Shown piece after piece: positions 1 to 13,139 of a DNA stretch of 64,000 nt. Origin of the DNA: Macrostomum lignano (taxonomy: Eukaryota). The notes under the pieces were generated by a model. That model was not told the DNA's origin. It made no database searches and saw only the letters and a list, made by a program, of their open reading frames with translations. Numbering within the stretch: position 1 is the first letter of the stretch; each line of letters begins with the position of its first letter. The stretch covers positions 458,459 to 522,458 of the forward strand of contig NIVC01000903.1 in NCBI GenBank assembly GCA_002269645.1. Reading direction: 5' to 3'. Both the position numbers and the translations under genes were made by a program.

Positions 1-224
1 CGAAATTCAACTTTAAAATAAATGCAATATATTTATGAACTAACGAGGCCAACTCCTACGTTGGCGGAGTAAGGGGATAGAACTCCCATCGCCAGAATTT
101 CATTCCCTGAATCCAATGACACGAATCCCATCGTCCAAATCCTCTATTAACTTCCCAAAAACCATGTTGATTTACCTGTTTGCAAAAATTGACTGCCTGC
201 CATCGTCCAGACTGAGACTCTCGT

Positions 225-720
225 CTGTCTCCTCTCTCCTCTTTGCTCTCTCATCTCTCATCTCTCCTATCTCCTCTCTGCTCTCATCTCCTCGCTTATC
301 TATCATTTCTCATCTCATCTCTACTCTCTTATCTCTCCTCTCTGCGCTCTCATATCTACGATCTCTTCTTTCTCGTCACTACTTTCTCCTCTCTACTTTT
401 TCCTCTCTCCTCTTTTATCTCCCCTCTCCTCTCTCCCTTATCCTCTCGCTTCTCTCTCCTCTCTCTTACCTCATCTCTACTCATTTATCTTTTCTCTCTC
501 GTCTTTCGGCTCTACTCCCTCCTGTCTCCTCTTTCTCCTCTCTTACCCCCTCTCCTCTGAATTCCCTCATCTCTTCTCTCGCCTTTATTCTCTTTTTCTT
601 TTCTCTAATCTGTCCCTTTTAATTCTCTCTTTTCATGTTCTCTTTCATCTAATCTTTTATCTACTCTTGCCTTTTCTCTTTTCCCTTTCATTTAGCCATT
701 TCATCTTCTCCATGAAACAG
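225..720. repeat. CT-rich polypyrimidine low-complexity tract
   Basis: Almost pure C/T degenerate (TCTC)n sequence; the S/L-rich ORFs 116..622 and 243..560 are artefacts of it. Confidence 0.9.
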
Positions 721-1202
721 ATATAATCAAAATCCTCTCAGTTAAACTGCAATCCAGCGTGTATCATCTCCTTCAAGCTACAATCCATCAATTTAAAAAA
801 TACATAATCTCTATCAAATTTCAGTCAATCAAGACTATGAAACTGAAGTCTATAAAAATATGTTTTTTACTTGTCTGGGTATACGTCAGAGTCACAACAA
901 GAGTCACAACAGTCGCCCCAGAGTCACCAGTGAGTTGTTTGCAATTACTCTTTTGTGATTACTGATTGACATTGTAAACTTTTCAATGGTATGTCCACGC
1001 AACAAGAGTTACTCTTTAGGTAAGCGTCAGTATACCGGTAGGCATCGCAAATTCTGTAAAAATACATGCATTTGGTTATAGATCAGCATGCTCCGTTTAA
1101 ACTACTTATCTAATCAGTAGCTTAAACGAATATTACTAAGCTTGAAAATTAACTAATAAACCAGGGAAACAACACCGAACAGTACTATTATTATTAGTAT
1201 TA

Positions 1203-4200
1203 CTACTGGGCAGGCAGGCGCCGAACCAGCAGTTCCGGATCAGTCGATTCGACAACAAACCGATCGAGTTCCGGCTCGGCGTCCGGATTAGCCATTGGCG
1301 GATTTTGACAGGCTACTTGAACCACCGCGTCCGGGATCTGGTTGAGGCTGGCCAGGGTCTGGCCGGACACCAGGCCGAGCTGGGCGGAGGTCAGGCCCAG
1401 CTGGTCAATCAGTTCAGAGTGGAAGCGGCGAAGGCGAAACATGGGCACCTCCATTGGCGGGCCGGGCTTGTCGAACAGTTGAATCTGTACAGATGTGGAT
1501 TGATTTGCAGTGTAGCTGGGCCGCTTGTGTGCTATTACAGATAGGCAAGCAGTCATTTGCCACTCAGCACTCAGCGAGCACTCGGATATACTTACAGGGT
1601 ATACGGGGTCTACGACTTTAGACTGACAGACAAAAATTCTGCTGCCACAAATTGACTTCCGACCCTAACCCTACCATGAACCCTAACCTAAACACTAACC
1701 CTAACCTAAACCCTAACATTAACCCTAACCTAAACTCTAACATGAACCCTAACCTAAACCCTACCATGAACCCTAACCTAAACCCTATCATGAACAATAA
1801 CCTAAACTCTAACATGAACCCTAACCTAAACCCTACCATGAACCCTAACCTAAACCCTATCATGAACAATAACCTAAACTCTAACATGAACCCTAACCTA
1901 AACACTAACCCAAACTAAACCCTAACCTAAACCCTACCATGAACCCTAACCTAAACCCTATCATGAACAATAACCTAAACTCTAACATGAACCCTAACCT
2001 AAACCCTACCATGAACCCTAACCTAAACCCTATCATGAACAATAACCTAAACTCTAACACGAACCCTAACCTAAACCCTAGCATGAACAATAACCTAAAC
2101 CCTAGCATGAACAATAACCTAAACCCTAGCATGAACAATAACCTAAACCCTAGCATGAACAATAACCTAAACCCTAGCATGAACAATAACCTAAACCCTA
2201 GCATGAACAATAACCTAAACCCTAGCATGAACAATAACCTAAACCCTAGCGTGAACAATAACCTAAACCCTAGCGTGAACCCTAACCTAAACCCTAACGT
2301 AAACCCTAACCAAAACCCTAACCCCAAACCCTAGCATGGACAATAACCTAAACCCTAGCATGAACAATAACCTACATCCTAGCATGAACAATAACCTAAA
2401 CCCTAGCGTGAACCCTAACCTAAACCCTAACGTGAACCCTAACCTAAACCCTAATATAAACTGCGAGTACATTTACATGCCCTAGCCCTAACCTAAACAT
2501 CAACATGAACCCTTAAAATAACAAATATTGACATCTGGAACAAAGCATATCAAAGAACCATTGTGAGCTGCCTACAAAACATTTATGCCATGTCTATTTT
2601 AGACATACCCTGACTTTTCTCATAGTCGGGCATGTACACACTCTGTAAACTGGACTGGAATGTCATACCTTGACGGCGGTTTCGCTAATCTCATCCGAGA
2701 CCAGCCGGCACCGAAGCAGTTCAGCGCCATCTTCTGGCTCAAGAAGCAGCAGCCGCTGGCCAAGGACTTCCTTAGCCATGGTGGCCAGGCAGTACACAGC
2801 GTACAGCTGCGGCTTTCTAGTGCGAAGAAATCGCAGCAGAGTGGTGGTCTCCTTCATGACGGTCTCCAGCACGGCCTCCAGCTGGCTGTCCAGGGTGTAC
2901 AGCCACACGAATCTATTGCCGTCGGAGCCGAGACGCAGAGCGGTGAACTGCTGGCCCTCGGTCAGCCCACCGACGTCCAAAAAGGCGTCGGCCTCCTCGT
3001 CGGCGTCGCTTTCTTCGTTGTCGCCGGCGTCCTCGAACTCGGCGGGCTCAGTGGCCTCGCTGGCGACCTCGCTAGCAACTTCGAATCCCCATTCGTCCAC
3101 TTCCGGCTCGGCAGCAGTTGGTTCAGACGAAGCGGAAGCAGAAGCTTTAGAAGCGGTGGGTCTCGGCGAGTAGGTCATTGTAGGCGTTTTAGGGGCCGCA
3201 GGCGACGGGATCAGTACGGAGTCGTCTAGACCGACCGGGTCGCCCGGATAGTACATCATGCGGCCGAGCACGTCTTCGACGCGCAGGGCGCCCTCGGCCA
3301 CCAAGCTGGCTTCCAGAGTGTCGCACTGAGCTGGCAGAGCAGCACCGGATCGTTCGGCCGCCTGGCGCCAGAAATAGCTGCGCTCGGTGCCGCGCGGCTG
3401 TATGATGCTTCGCGCGGCTGCTAGCAGATCGCCATAGTCGGCTGGATCAGGCGCCGGCTGCTTCGGCTGTACAGACGAGATTGTCAGATTCTGCGTGCGT
3501 TGGCTCAACGGCTCCTGGAATGCCTCCGACGGTTGTCGCGACCTGGGCGGCGACGGCGCCAACCGGGACTGGACTGGAGGGCGCTGCTCGGCCTGCATCG
3601 ACTGACTCGACGATGACGACAACAAACTCGACTGGGCAGCTCGAGGATTAGTGGCGAAGCCGAAGCTTTTTCTATCGCTACCGCCGCCAGCGCCTCTGCT
3701 ATTAAAGCCGTCACCGCCGCCGCCTCTGTTGCCGAAGCCGCCGCCGCCTCTGCTGCCGCCTCTTCCATCTCCTCCCCCGTTGCTGCCAGCACTATTGGCT
3801 GTCCGCATGCTTGGTGGCAAGTAGATCTGCTGCTCTTGCAACGGCCGCCTGCCGCCGCCGCGGGCTGTGCCCCGGCCACGCGCTGGATAAGACGGCCTCT
3901 GGCCGCGAATGGCGCCCCGGTCGGCGGAGGGGCGACCGCGGTAGGCGGATGCGCCGGCAGAAAAGGCGGAAGCGGAGCTAAGCGACGAAAAAGACGAGGC
4001 GGACGACATTGAGCTGCGGCCGCGCAAGCTAGCGGAGCTGCCACTGCCAAGAAGCGAGTTGCCGCGACCACCCCTGCCGCCTCTTGCGGAGGGGCGCTTC
4101 TTTTTTTTGCTCCTCTGCTTAGAAATCAGCGCCTCAATGTGAGAGCTGCGCTCCGAGGCGACACCGTGACAGACTACTTCCCCGTTTTCATTGGACAGGC

Positions 4201-4369
4201 GCACAATCTCAGGAATGCTGCGAAGGTAGGCAGTAAGATTTGGATAGCCCTGCAGGTCGAGATCGGCCGAGACCAGCTGACGATAGTCCCTCATCAGCTG
4301 TCTGATAGGGACGCCCTCCTTAGAGGAGATTAAGACGCATCGTAAATTGATTTTTTGATCATCGGCCAT
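1203..4369 (-). CDS. LOTUS (OST-HTH) domain + RG/SG-rich disordered region + degenerate extended Tudor domain protein (TDRD5/TDRD7/Tejas-like); exons 4369-2669 and 1484-1203
   Basis: N-terminus [27 protein letters not shown]...[16 protein letters not shown]...[11 protein letters not shown] matches extended LOTUS. Donor AAG|gtatga at 2669/2668 (phase 0) joins acceptor tacag|ATT at 1484, giving [26 protein letters not shown], a Tudor beta4/LR motif. Stop at 1205-1203. The TTG start at 4408 in the ORF track is not used; first ATG is 4369. Confidence 0.8.
1662..2500. repeat. 24-bp minisatellite built from telomere-like hexamers (AACCCT AACCTA AACCCT ACCATG), intronic
   Basis: Repeated aaccctaacctaaaccctagcatg / aacaataacctaaaccctagcatg units; produces the NPNLN ORFs. 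Confidence 0.9.
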
Positions 4370-4469
4370 TGTGTTGGAGGACGAAGAAACAGCGATGGAG
4401 CCTTTCAATTACAACGCAGAATGTTTTTTTTGCAACAATTGCACATGAATTGAATGAACCGATGAGGGA

Positions 4470-5465
4470 ATATACCGACTGCAATACTGAATCTACAGAC
4501 TGCAATACTGAATCTACTGACTGGAATACTGAATCTACCGACTGCAATACTGAATCTACCGACTGGAATACTGAATCTACCGACTGCAATACTGAATCTA
4601 CCGACTGCAATACTGAATCTACCGACTGCAATACTGAATCTACCGACTGCAATACTGAATCTACCAACTGCAATAATAAATCTACTGACCGCAATATTTA
4701 ATCTACCGACTGCAGTACTGAATCTACCAACTGCAATACTGAATCTACCGACTGCAGTACTGAATCTACCAACTGCAATACTGAATCTACTGACTGCAAT
4801 ACTGAATCTACTGAGTGCAATACTGAATCTACTGAGTGCAATACTGAATCTACTGAGTGCAATACTGAATCTACCGAGTGCAATACTCAATCTACTGACT
4901 GCAATACTGAATCTACTGACTGCAATACTGAATCTACTGAGTGCAATACTGAATCTACTGACTGCAATACTGAATCTACTGAGTGCAATACTGAATCTAC
5001 TGAGTGCAATACTGAATCTACCGAGTGCAATACTCAATCTACTGACTGCAATACTGAATCTACTGAGTGCAATACTGAATCTACTGACTGCAATACTGAA
5101 TCTACTGAGTGCAATACTGAATCTACCGACTGCAATACTCAATCTACTGACTGCAATACTGAATCTACTGAGTGCAATACTCAATCTACTGACTGCAATA
5201 CTGAATCTACTGAGTGCAATACTTAATCTACTGACTGCAATACTTAATCTACTGACTGCAATACTCAATCTACTGACTGCAATACTGAATCTACTGAGTG
5301 CAATACTCAATCTACTGACTGCAATATTTAATCTACTGACTGCAATGCTGAATCTACCAACTGCAATACTAAATCTACCGACTGCAATACTGAATCTACT
5401 GACTGCAATATTTAATCTACCATCTGCAATACTGAATCTACCGACTGCAATACTAAATCTACTGA
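4470..5465. repeat. 21-bp minisatellite (actgcaatactgaatctactg-type)
   Basis: Tandem units give the NTESTDC heptapeptide repeat ORFs; lies between the PSMD3 3' end and the LOTUS gene start. Confidence 0.95.
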
Positions 5466-6203
5466 TCCCAATGCTTGACACGAATCCACCAATAAAAGCT
5501 TAGATTCGGACGCATCTGATCCGATTTTAGCAGGAAGCAACTCTTAAAACGCAAAGGGAATTTGTAAAGCTGCAGACCCCCAATAAACCGATTGTGTCGT
5601 ATTTAGCCTGACTTGTATTTTTATTAGAATTGCTTGACTTTGCACACTGCGTTGGAAAATGTAAGCAATAAAAATACAAATATAAAGTGAGTAATTGTTT
5701 GTTTAGGCTTGTCATAAACAGTCTCGCGCGACAAAAAAATGTACTTTGAACCCGGGACTGGCGTAGCAACATATTGGCAATATGAAGCATTTTATAATTG
5801 ATAATTATTATTTATATTAGACTGTTCAAAATGATGCTTTATTAATAACAACACGAGCCACACCTGCTCTAATAGCAGTAGTAACTGAAATATATAGGAA
5901 TATGGGCAACCCCCCCAGATTCTGAATAATCAAAGAGACTTTACTACGGAACTTAATTGACAATTAATTAAAGACAGTTTTAAGCAGGATATTTAGAGAG
6001 GAACAGAGTTAATTCTACTGTAAATAAACAGATCCCGCTTTTACAATATATACTAAACTAAAGAGAACAAGAATTGGAGGGGAAAATAGGAAGAAGCGAA
6101 CCTAGAGATAGAAACTGTTCGTCATTCACTGGTGGCAGAGAATCAACAATGTCCATACAGAGACAGGCAGAGCAGGTACCCGGACAGGACAGGTCACCGA
6201 GGC

Positions 6204-9200
6204 TTAAAAATCGTCATAGTCATCTTCGCTCATCTCCTTGGCCGTCTCCAGTTCGGCGGCCTCGCGTTCGCGACGCTCCTCGGCGCTCTCCAGATCCTCG
6301 GTGTACTTCTTAGGCGGGTAGCGCATCGCTCGGACGGACTGCTCGCGGACCTGAGATGAGCCCGAGGGGGTGGGGGGGGGTGGGAGAGCTTTGTATGGGA
6401 TTTAGAACGGGCATAGGCAACACAGAGGAACCAGAGTGATGGGGCTGCAGCATCACACAGAGGAGCCAGAGTGATGGGGCTGCAGCATCACACAAAGGAG
6501 CCAGAGTGATGGGGCTGCAGCATCACACAGAGGAGCCAGAGTGATGGGGCTGCAGCATCACACAGAGGAGCCAGAGTGATGAGGCTGCAGCATCACACAA
6601 AGGAGCCAGAGTGATGGGCATGGGGCTGCAGCATCACACAGAGGAGCTAGAGTGATGGGGCTGCAGCATCACACAAAGGAGCCAGAGTGATGGGCATGGG
6701 GCTGCAGCATCACACAGAGGAGCTAGAGTGATGGGGCTGCAGCATCACACAAAGGAGCCAGAGTGATGGGGCTGCAGCATCACACAGAGGAGCTAGAGTG
6801 ATGGGGCTGCAGCATCACACACAGAGGAGCCAGAGTGATGGGGCTGCAGCATCACACAGAGCCAGAGTGATGGGGCTGCAGCATCACACAGAGGAGCCAG
6901 AGTGATGGGGCTGCAGCATCACACAGAGGAGCCAGAGTGATGAGGCTGCAGCATCACACAAAGGAGCCAGAGTGATGGGCATGGGGCTGCAGCATCACAC
7001 AGAGGAGCCAGAGTGATGGGGCTGCAGCATCACACAAAGGAGCCAGAGTGATGGGGCTGCAGCATCACACAAAGGAGCCAGAGTGATGGGGCTGCAGCAT
7101 CACACAGAGGAGCTAGAGTGATGGGGCTGCAGCATCACACAGAGGAGCCAGAGTGATGGCGCTGCAACACACAGAGGAGCCAGAGTGATGGGGCTGCAGC
7201 ATCACACAGAGGAGCTAGAGTGATGGGGCTGCAGCATCACACAGAGGAGCCAGAGTGATGAGGCTGCAGCATCACACAGAGGAGCCAGAGTGATGGCGCT
7301 GCAGCACACAGAGGAGCCAGAGTGATGGCGCTGCAGCATCACACAGGAGCCAGAGTAATGGGGCTGCAGCATCACACAGAGGAGCTAGAGTGATGGGGCT
7401 GCAGCATCACACAGAGGAGCCAGAGTGATGGGGCTGCAGCACACAGAGGAGCCAGAGTGATGGGGCTGCAGCATCACACAGAGGAGCCAGAGTGATGGCG
7501 CTGCAGCACACAGAGGAGCCAGAGTGATGGCGCTGCAGCATCACACAGAGGAGCCAGAGTAATGGGGCTGCAGCATCACACAGAGGAGCCAGAGTGATGG
7601 GGCTGCAGCATCACACAGAGGAGCTAGAGTGATGAGGCTGCAGCAGAGGAGCCAGAGTGATGAGGCTGCAGCAGAGGAGCCAGAGTGATGAGGCTGCAGC
7701 AGAGGAGCCAGAGTGATGAGGCTGCAGCAGAGGAGCCAGAGTGATGGGGCTGCAGCATCACACAGAGGAGCCAGAGTGATGAGGCTGCAGCAGAGGAGCC
7801 AGAGTGATGAGGCAGTAGCAGCAGGAGATAAAGTGATGGAGTGTGGAGAGCCAGCAGTACACAGGTGCCGATCAATTCGGAGGCCTCACCTGCAGGCAGA
7901 AGTTGATCCGCTGCTGAAACTGGTCAGCAGGCTCGGCAGTGCCATAGAGATCGGCGGTCTCCCGGCTGCTCAAGGTGCCGGCCTTGTGATCGATGGTGGC
8001 CTCAATCACGCCGTCGCGGATAGCCTTGGCGGCCACGTATTCGGCTTCCTCGGCCGAGTCCAGCTGCAGCTTGGAGGCCACGGCGGCCAGGGAGATGCGG
8101 CTGTAGGACAGGGCAACCTGTCGGACGCCGACCTTAATGACATTGTGCCGTAGGCGGACGCACAGCAGCCAGGTGTTGTCGGCTTTGAAGCGGGCCGCAT
8201 TATCGCGTAGTACGGTGTTGAATTCGGCCAGCCGGCCGGATCGGACAGCCTGGGTGAGGCGCAGGTAGGGCGCCAGCGGCCGGCGGAGGCCCTGCTCACG
8301 GAACGCCTGACGATCGGGGGTCTCGCCAATTAGAAGTTGCACCACCACCTGCAGAGTTGGATAAGTTAATAGCTTTCAATAAAAGTACTTTACTAAGAAT
8401 CACAGTTACAGTATAAAGTGCTAGGGAGTACTGGGCAAGCCCAATCAAAAGAGAATCGCGTGACAAAAGTTGTCAGGAAGCTGTACACCAGATGGAAACG
8501 GTACCTAGGCCAACAAGCATCCCAGAGTCGTTTTAGAGTTGTTGCAGGTAACACAGGTAAAATAGGAAAGAAGTGACTCCAGACATCTCTAAAACGACAT
8601 GCAAGATGTCACGGTACAAGTCGTCAAAAAGTCGTCAAAGAGTCGCCTAAGAGTCAATTTGAGGCGTTTTATTGCCAGGGACTCAGAAACGACTTTGGGG
8701 CCGTAGAGTCGTTATCACTACGCTACATATCGGTAGTCAATAGTTATTTCTCAACAATGGCATGGACAGTAGGCAGTAACAAACCTGCAGTTTGGTGCAA
8801 ATCTGCCGAAATCCCAGAGCCCGCTGACCGCTGGCAGCTTTGCGCAGCGCCTGCTGCAGGTGCTGGGCGGCCCGGCTGTACTGCAGTTGAGCGGCCCGAA
8901 TCCGGCCCAGGTAGAAATGATACCTGGCCAGCTCGTGATTCGGCGCCAGCTCGGGAAAGGCGCACTTGTCAACCAGCCTGGCGGCCTGGTCTAGCAGGCG
9001 GTCCATCAGGTAGGAGCGCAGCAGGCAGTTGGTGAGGGTGGCGCAGCCGTGCCAGTCCTGGCGCAGGGTGCAGGTGCGCAGCCGCTGCAGCATCTGGGGC
9101 CGCACGGTGGACAGCTGGCCGGCTAATTCGTGCGATCTGGCGTAATAGAAATAAGCCCGGGCGGTCAGCATGTCCAGGGTGCGCCTGTTGAACTGGCCGG

Positions 9201-9938
9201 TGCGTTGCCATAGCAACTGGGAACAGCTAACGGCCTCAGCCTGGCGATTCGAGTCGAGCAGGTGTAGCAGCAGCAATAGGTGAAGAAACACTTCCGTCTC
9301 TGGGAGCAGGCGGCGGGAGGCCTGAGCGCTCTGGCCTGTTCGGGGAAGGGGGAGGTTTGCAGTTTGAAACTCTGCATAAAGGGTTTTACGTGAATATCAC
9401 TCTGACTAGTGTGACCGTCGACGTGACACTCAAATGTGATAGTCTAATAAACAGTCACCAGTGTGACCGTCGCTGTGATAGTCGAATAAACAGTCACCAG
9501 TGTGACCGTCGATGTGACACTCAAATGTGACAGTCCCTCTTATACAGCTTGTATCCGGAAACTTAAAAAACAACACACAGTCTCACCGGAACCGGAACTG
9601 GCAGCCGACAGGAAGGCCAGGAAGGCGTCTTTGCTGGGCGACACGCCGGGGAAGTAGGCCTGGGCCAGGCGGAGCAGCACGGCCTCGTTCAGGCGACGCC
9701 GGAGCGGCACCAGCGAGCGAACAGTTCGAGTCATAAACCGAGTCTCCTTGGTCTGCACAGCCTTCTCAATGTGCCGCACCTGCTCTTTGATGTCCTCGAG
9801 GGTCAGCGTGTCAGCGTCGGCCCTGGCCGCCTCGTCGTCACCCATTTCAACGTCCTCGTTGGTGGCAGCCGTCTTCGCCGCCGAAGCCGCCTGTTGCTGC
9901 TGCTGCGTCTTTTTTAATTCGCCGTTTGGGGTGCCCAT
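6204..9938 (-). CDS. PSMD3: 26S proteasome non-ATPase regulatory subunit 3 (Rpn3); exons 9938-9587, 9371-8785, 8348-7890, 6350-6204 (514 aa)
   Basis: Motifs [77 protein letters not shown] domain [15 protein letters not shown], and C-terminus [11 protein letters not shown]...[10 protein letters not shown]. All introns are GT..AG with compatible phases (1,0,0). Confidence 0.97.
6420..7815. repeat. 35-bp minisatellite filling PSMD3 intron 3
   Basis: Units gaggagccagagtgatggggctgcagcatcacaca, with shorter variants at the right end. Confidence 0.95.
8530..8705 (+). repeat. Dispersed ~170-bp repeat, copy 1 (PSMD3 intron 2)
   Basis: caggtaacacaggtaaaataggaaagaagtgactccagaca...ttttattgccagggactcagaaacgactttgggg aligns to the reverse complement of 58485-58635. 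Confidence 0.75.
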
Positions 9939-10060
9939 ATTGCTTTCTGTTGTGACTGTAGTCTGGCTTGCAGGAGGGAACTGAGCCGAGCATGCAGAAT
10001 GGGGAAGCTAATGCCGGTGACGATGGTGCTGTATCTGGTTAGCCCACTTATCTAAGAGTG

Positions 10061-10135
<75 letters not shown>

Positions 10136-10208
10136 CTCTATCTATCTATCTATCTATCTCTCTATCTATCTATCTATCTATCTGTCTTTCTATCTATCTA
10201 TCTATCTC

Positions 10209-10247
<39 letters not shown>

Positions 10248-10388
10248 CTCTATCTATCTATCTATCTATCTCTCTATCTATCTATCTATCTGTCTTTCTA
10301 TCTATCTATCTATCTCTCTATCTATCTATCTATCTATCTATCTCTCTATCTATCTATCTCTCTATCTATCTATCTATCTATCTATCTC

Positions 10389-10423
<35 letters not shown>

Positions 10424-10428
10424 GTCTT

Positions 10429-10521
<93 letters not shown>

Positions 10522-10530
10522 GTATCTATG

Positions 10531-10582
<52 letters not shown>
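10061..10582. repeat. (TCTA)n microsatellite
   Basis: Long near-perfect TCTA array; the SIYL ORF is an artefact. Confidence 0.98.
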
Positions 10583-11314
10583 CCTTTATCTTATGTACCT
10601 ATCTAGCAATCTATTTATTTATTATTTGTTGGATGAGCTCATTAAATCAAGTCTCTAGAACAAGGCACAACAGTCGAGTTGCAATAAATTCGATATTTTC
10701 ACCAGTCAGTTATTGCAAAATTGATTACAGCGGCAAGGCAGAGAAATTTGCAGATGAAAGTTGGTCAAGATTTATAAATACCGGATATGCAGCATGGCAG
10801 TGCAATACTGTGTAAATAAATATGTACAACTTTAGCATCGAGCAACAAGAATTAACCATATGCATATAATAAGCGTTGTTTCTAGCAGGTAAAAATAAGC
10901 TGAAGAAATTCGGTACTATTCAATTCAAAGCAGACAAGCAAGAAATAAGCAGAGCAAACTGGCAATATAAGCGAGTGAGTCAGAAACAGATCACTAATAA
11001 ATAACCGATTGACAACACTGAAAATATGGCAAATCAATGGCCAATGACAGCAATTAGTAGAGCTACTATATAAGTATCGATAACGTCAATTAAAAAATCA
11101 GCAAACTAGTCATGGTGGTTTCGTGGCTGCTGTTTCTTCTTCTTCAAGAACCCGCTGTACACAATTGAAGAAGAAATGAAATGAATTGTTCGAATCTAAT
11201 AAAGCACTACTAGGAGCTATTTAGTAAATACCAAAGCTTGTGAAAGATGCTATTATCATATGTGATAATGATGAGATTGTATGATTAGAAATTACCATGC
11301 GAGCGGTGTGTGAC

Positions 11315-11580
11315 TAAGACATTAAGACAGACAGTAAGACAGACAGGCAGACAGACAGACACTAACAGACAGACACTGAGACAAGGCAGACAGACACTAA
11401 GACAGACAGGCACTAAGACAGACAGACACTAAGGCAAACAGACAGACAGACAGGGCAGACACTAATACAGACAGACACTGAGACAAGGCAGACACTAAGA
11501 CAGACAGACAGACAGACACTAACAGACAGACAGGCAGACAGGCAAGACACCAAGACAGACAGACACTAAGACAGGCACTA

Positions 11581-11637
<57 letters not shown>

Positions 11638-11790
11638 CTTAAACAGGCAGACACTAAGACAGACAGACAGACAGACACTTAAACAGGCAGACACTAAGAC
11701 AGGCACTAAGACAGACAGGCACTAAGACAGGCAGACACTAAGGCAAACAGACAGACAGACAGACAGACATGCAGACACTAAAGAAACATA
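11315..11790. repeat. (CAGA)n-derived degenerate microsatellite
   Basis: agac/cagacagacactaa repeats. Confidence 0.9.
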
Positions 11791-12616
11791 GTCCTTTCGA
11801 AGACTAACGATACACATATAGTATTACTAGTAGTATTTATAACACATCTGCTAATTTCTGAATCCTAAAATCGATTACATAAAACTACGAAGCGCTTAGT
11901 GGTTTTTCAAAACCGAATTTAAGCTCAAGGCAGTAAAAAGTCACTTTAGACAAAACAGAATTTCTAGGAATGAACAAATCTGAACTTTGCACACTGCAAA
12001 TTCTATGTACAGTAAAACATTATAGCAATTCAATGCTTATAGTCTGGGCATGATATCAACCAACAAAGCATCTGTAGCCCATGAGACAAGTGACGGACGA
12101 GCGCAAAAACGCACACCTTTGAAAATCATATTTTTTTGTAAACCGGAGCTAGGCAAGAGAGAAAAGATAAATCCATAACTATATTTTAGTGACTAAAACA
12201 CTGAGCGATAATATAATATGTCCCGAATACATTTGGTTCGCATGCATTAGGTGAATACACGAGATGGATTGAGGGATTTATTTATCACCGGTGGGAGGGG
12301 AAGGGCATATATCCCAATCGAAAAATGTGCGAAAAATGGAGCTGGGCATAAAAATACTGCAAAGTCTGATAGAACAAACTCAAATAGATTACACGGCACT
12401 ATTAACTTAGTTATTAATCTACTTGTGCATTAAAATAAAACTTCACCTTATAAGCACAAATATTATGCATTAACTAGTATTTAATCAGACGTATAAAAAG
12501 GATTAAATTTGCGTGCGCCCAAATACCGCTACTTAGTAGGGTAGTGCGCATTTTGCTGTAAAAAATAAATTGTTTAACTAAGCTTAGGTCTGAAGCAGTG
12601 GGAATAATGGATAAAT

Positions 12617-12711
12617 AATCAGCGGTCCCAGTGCGTGACAACGATTGTCTAGCGAGCGCCGGTAGGCGCGAACCATAGACAAATCGTTGTCACGTGCTGC
12701 GACCGCTGATT
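12617..12711. other. ~95-nt imperfect inverted repeat (hairpin or mini-MITE)
   Basis: aatcagcggtcccagtgcgtgacaacgattgtcta pairs with tagacaaatcgttgtcacgtgctgcgaccgctgatt. Confidence 0.75.
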
Positions 12712-12922
12712 CTTTGCATTGTTTTTCTGTTTGACGATCCTACAGACAATGCATTGTTTGTAGTAATGATTGTTCTGTATAAAATATGCGAATAATGATC
12801 GTCAAATTGCTAAACAATGTAAAAATGGAGTATGATGTATTAACAAGCAGTGAGTTTGAGTCTTTTCGCTAGCCTTAGGGTCATTTATCCTTGAATGCGG
12901 GATGCATAGAAACAGTTAGATA

Positions 12923-13132
12923 GCGATTCCACATGGGTTTAAAGGGCGATTCCACGTGGGTTTAGAGTGCGATTCCACATTAGTTTAGAGTGCGATTCCA
13001 CCTGGGTTTAGAGTGCGATTCCACATTAGTTTAGAGTGCGATTCCACCTGGGTTTAGAGTGCGATTCCACCTGGGTTTAGAGTGCGATTCCACGTGGGTT
13101 TAGAGTGCGATTCCACCTGGCTTTAGAGGGCG
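12923..13132. repeat. 23-bp tandem repeat gcgattccacgtgggtttagagt, array 1
   Basis: About 9 units; the same family recurs in the same orientation at 18516-18705. Confidence 0.9.
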
Positions 13133-13139
13133 ACTAGCA

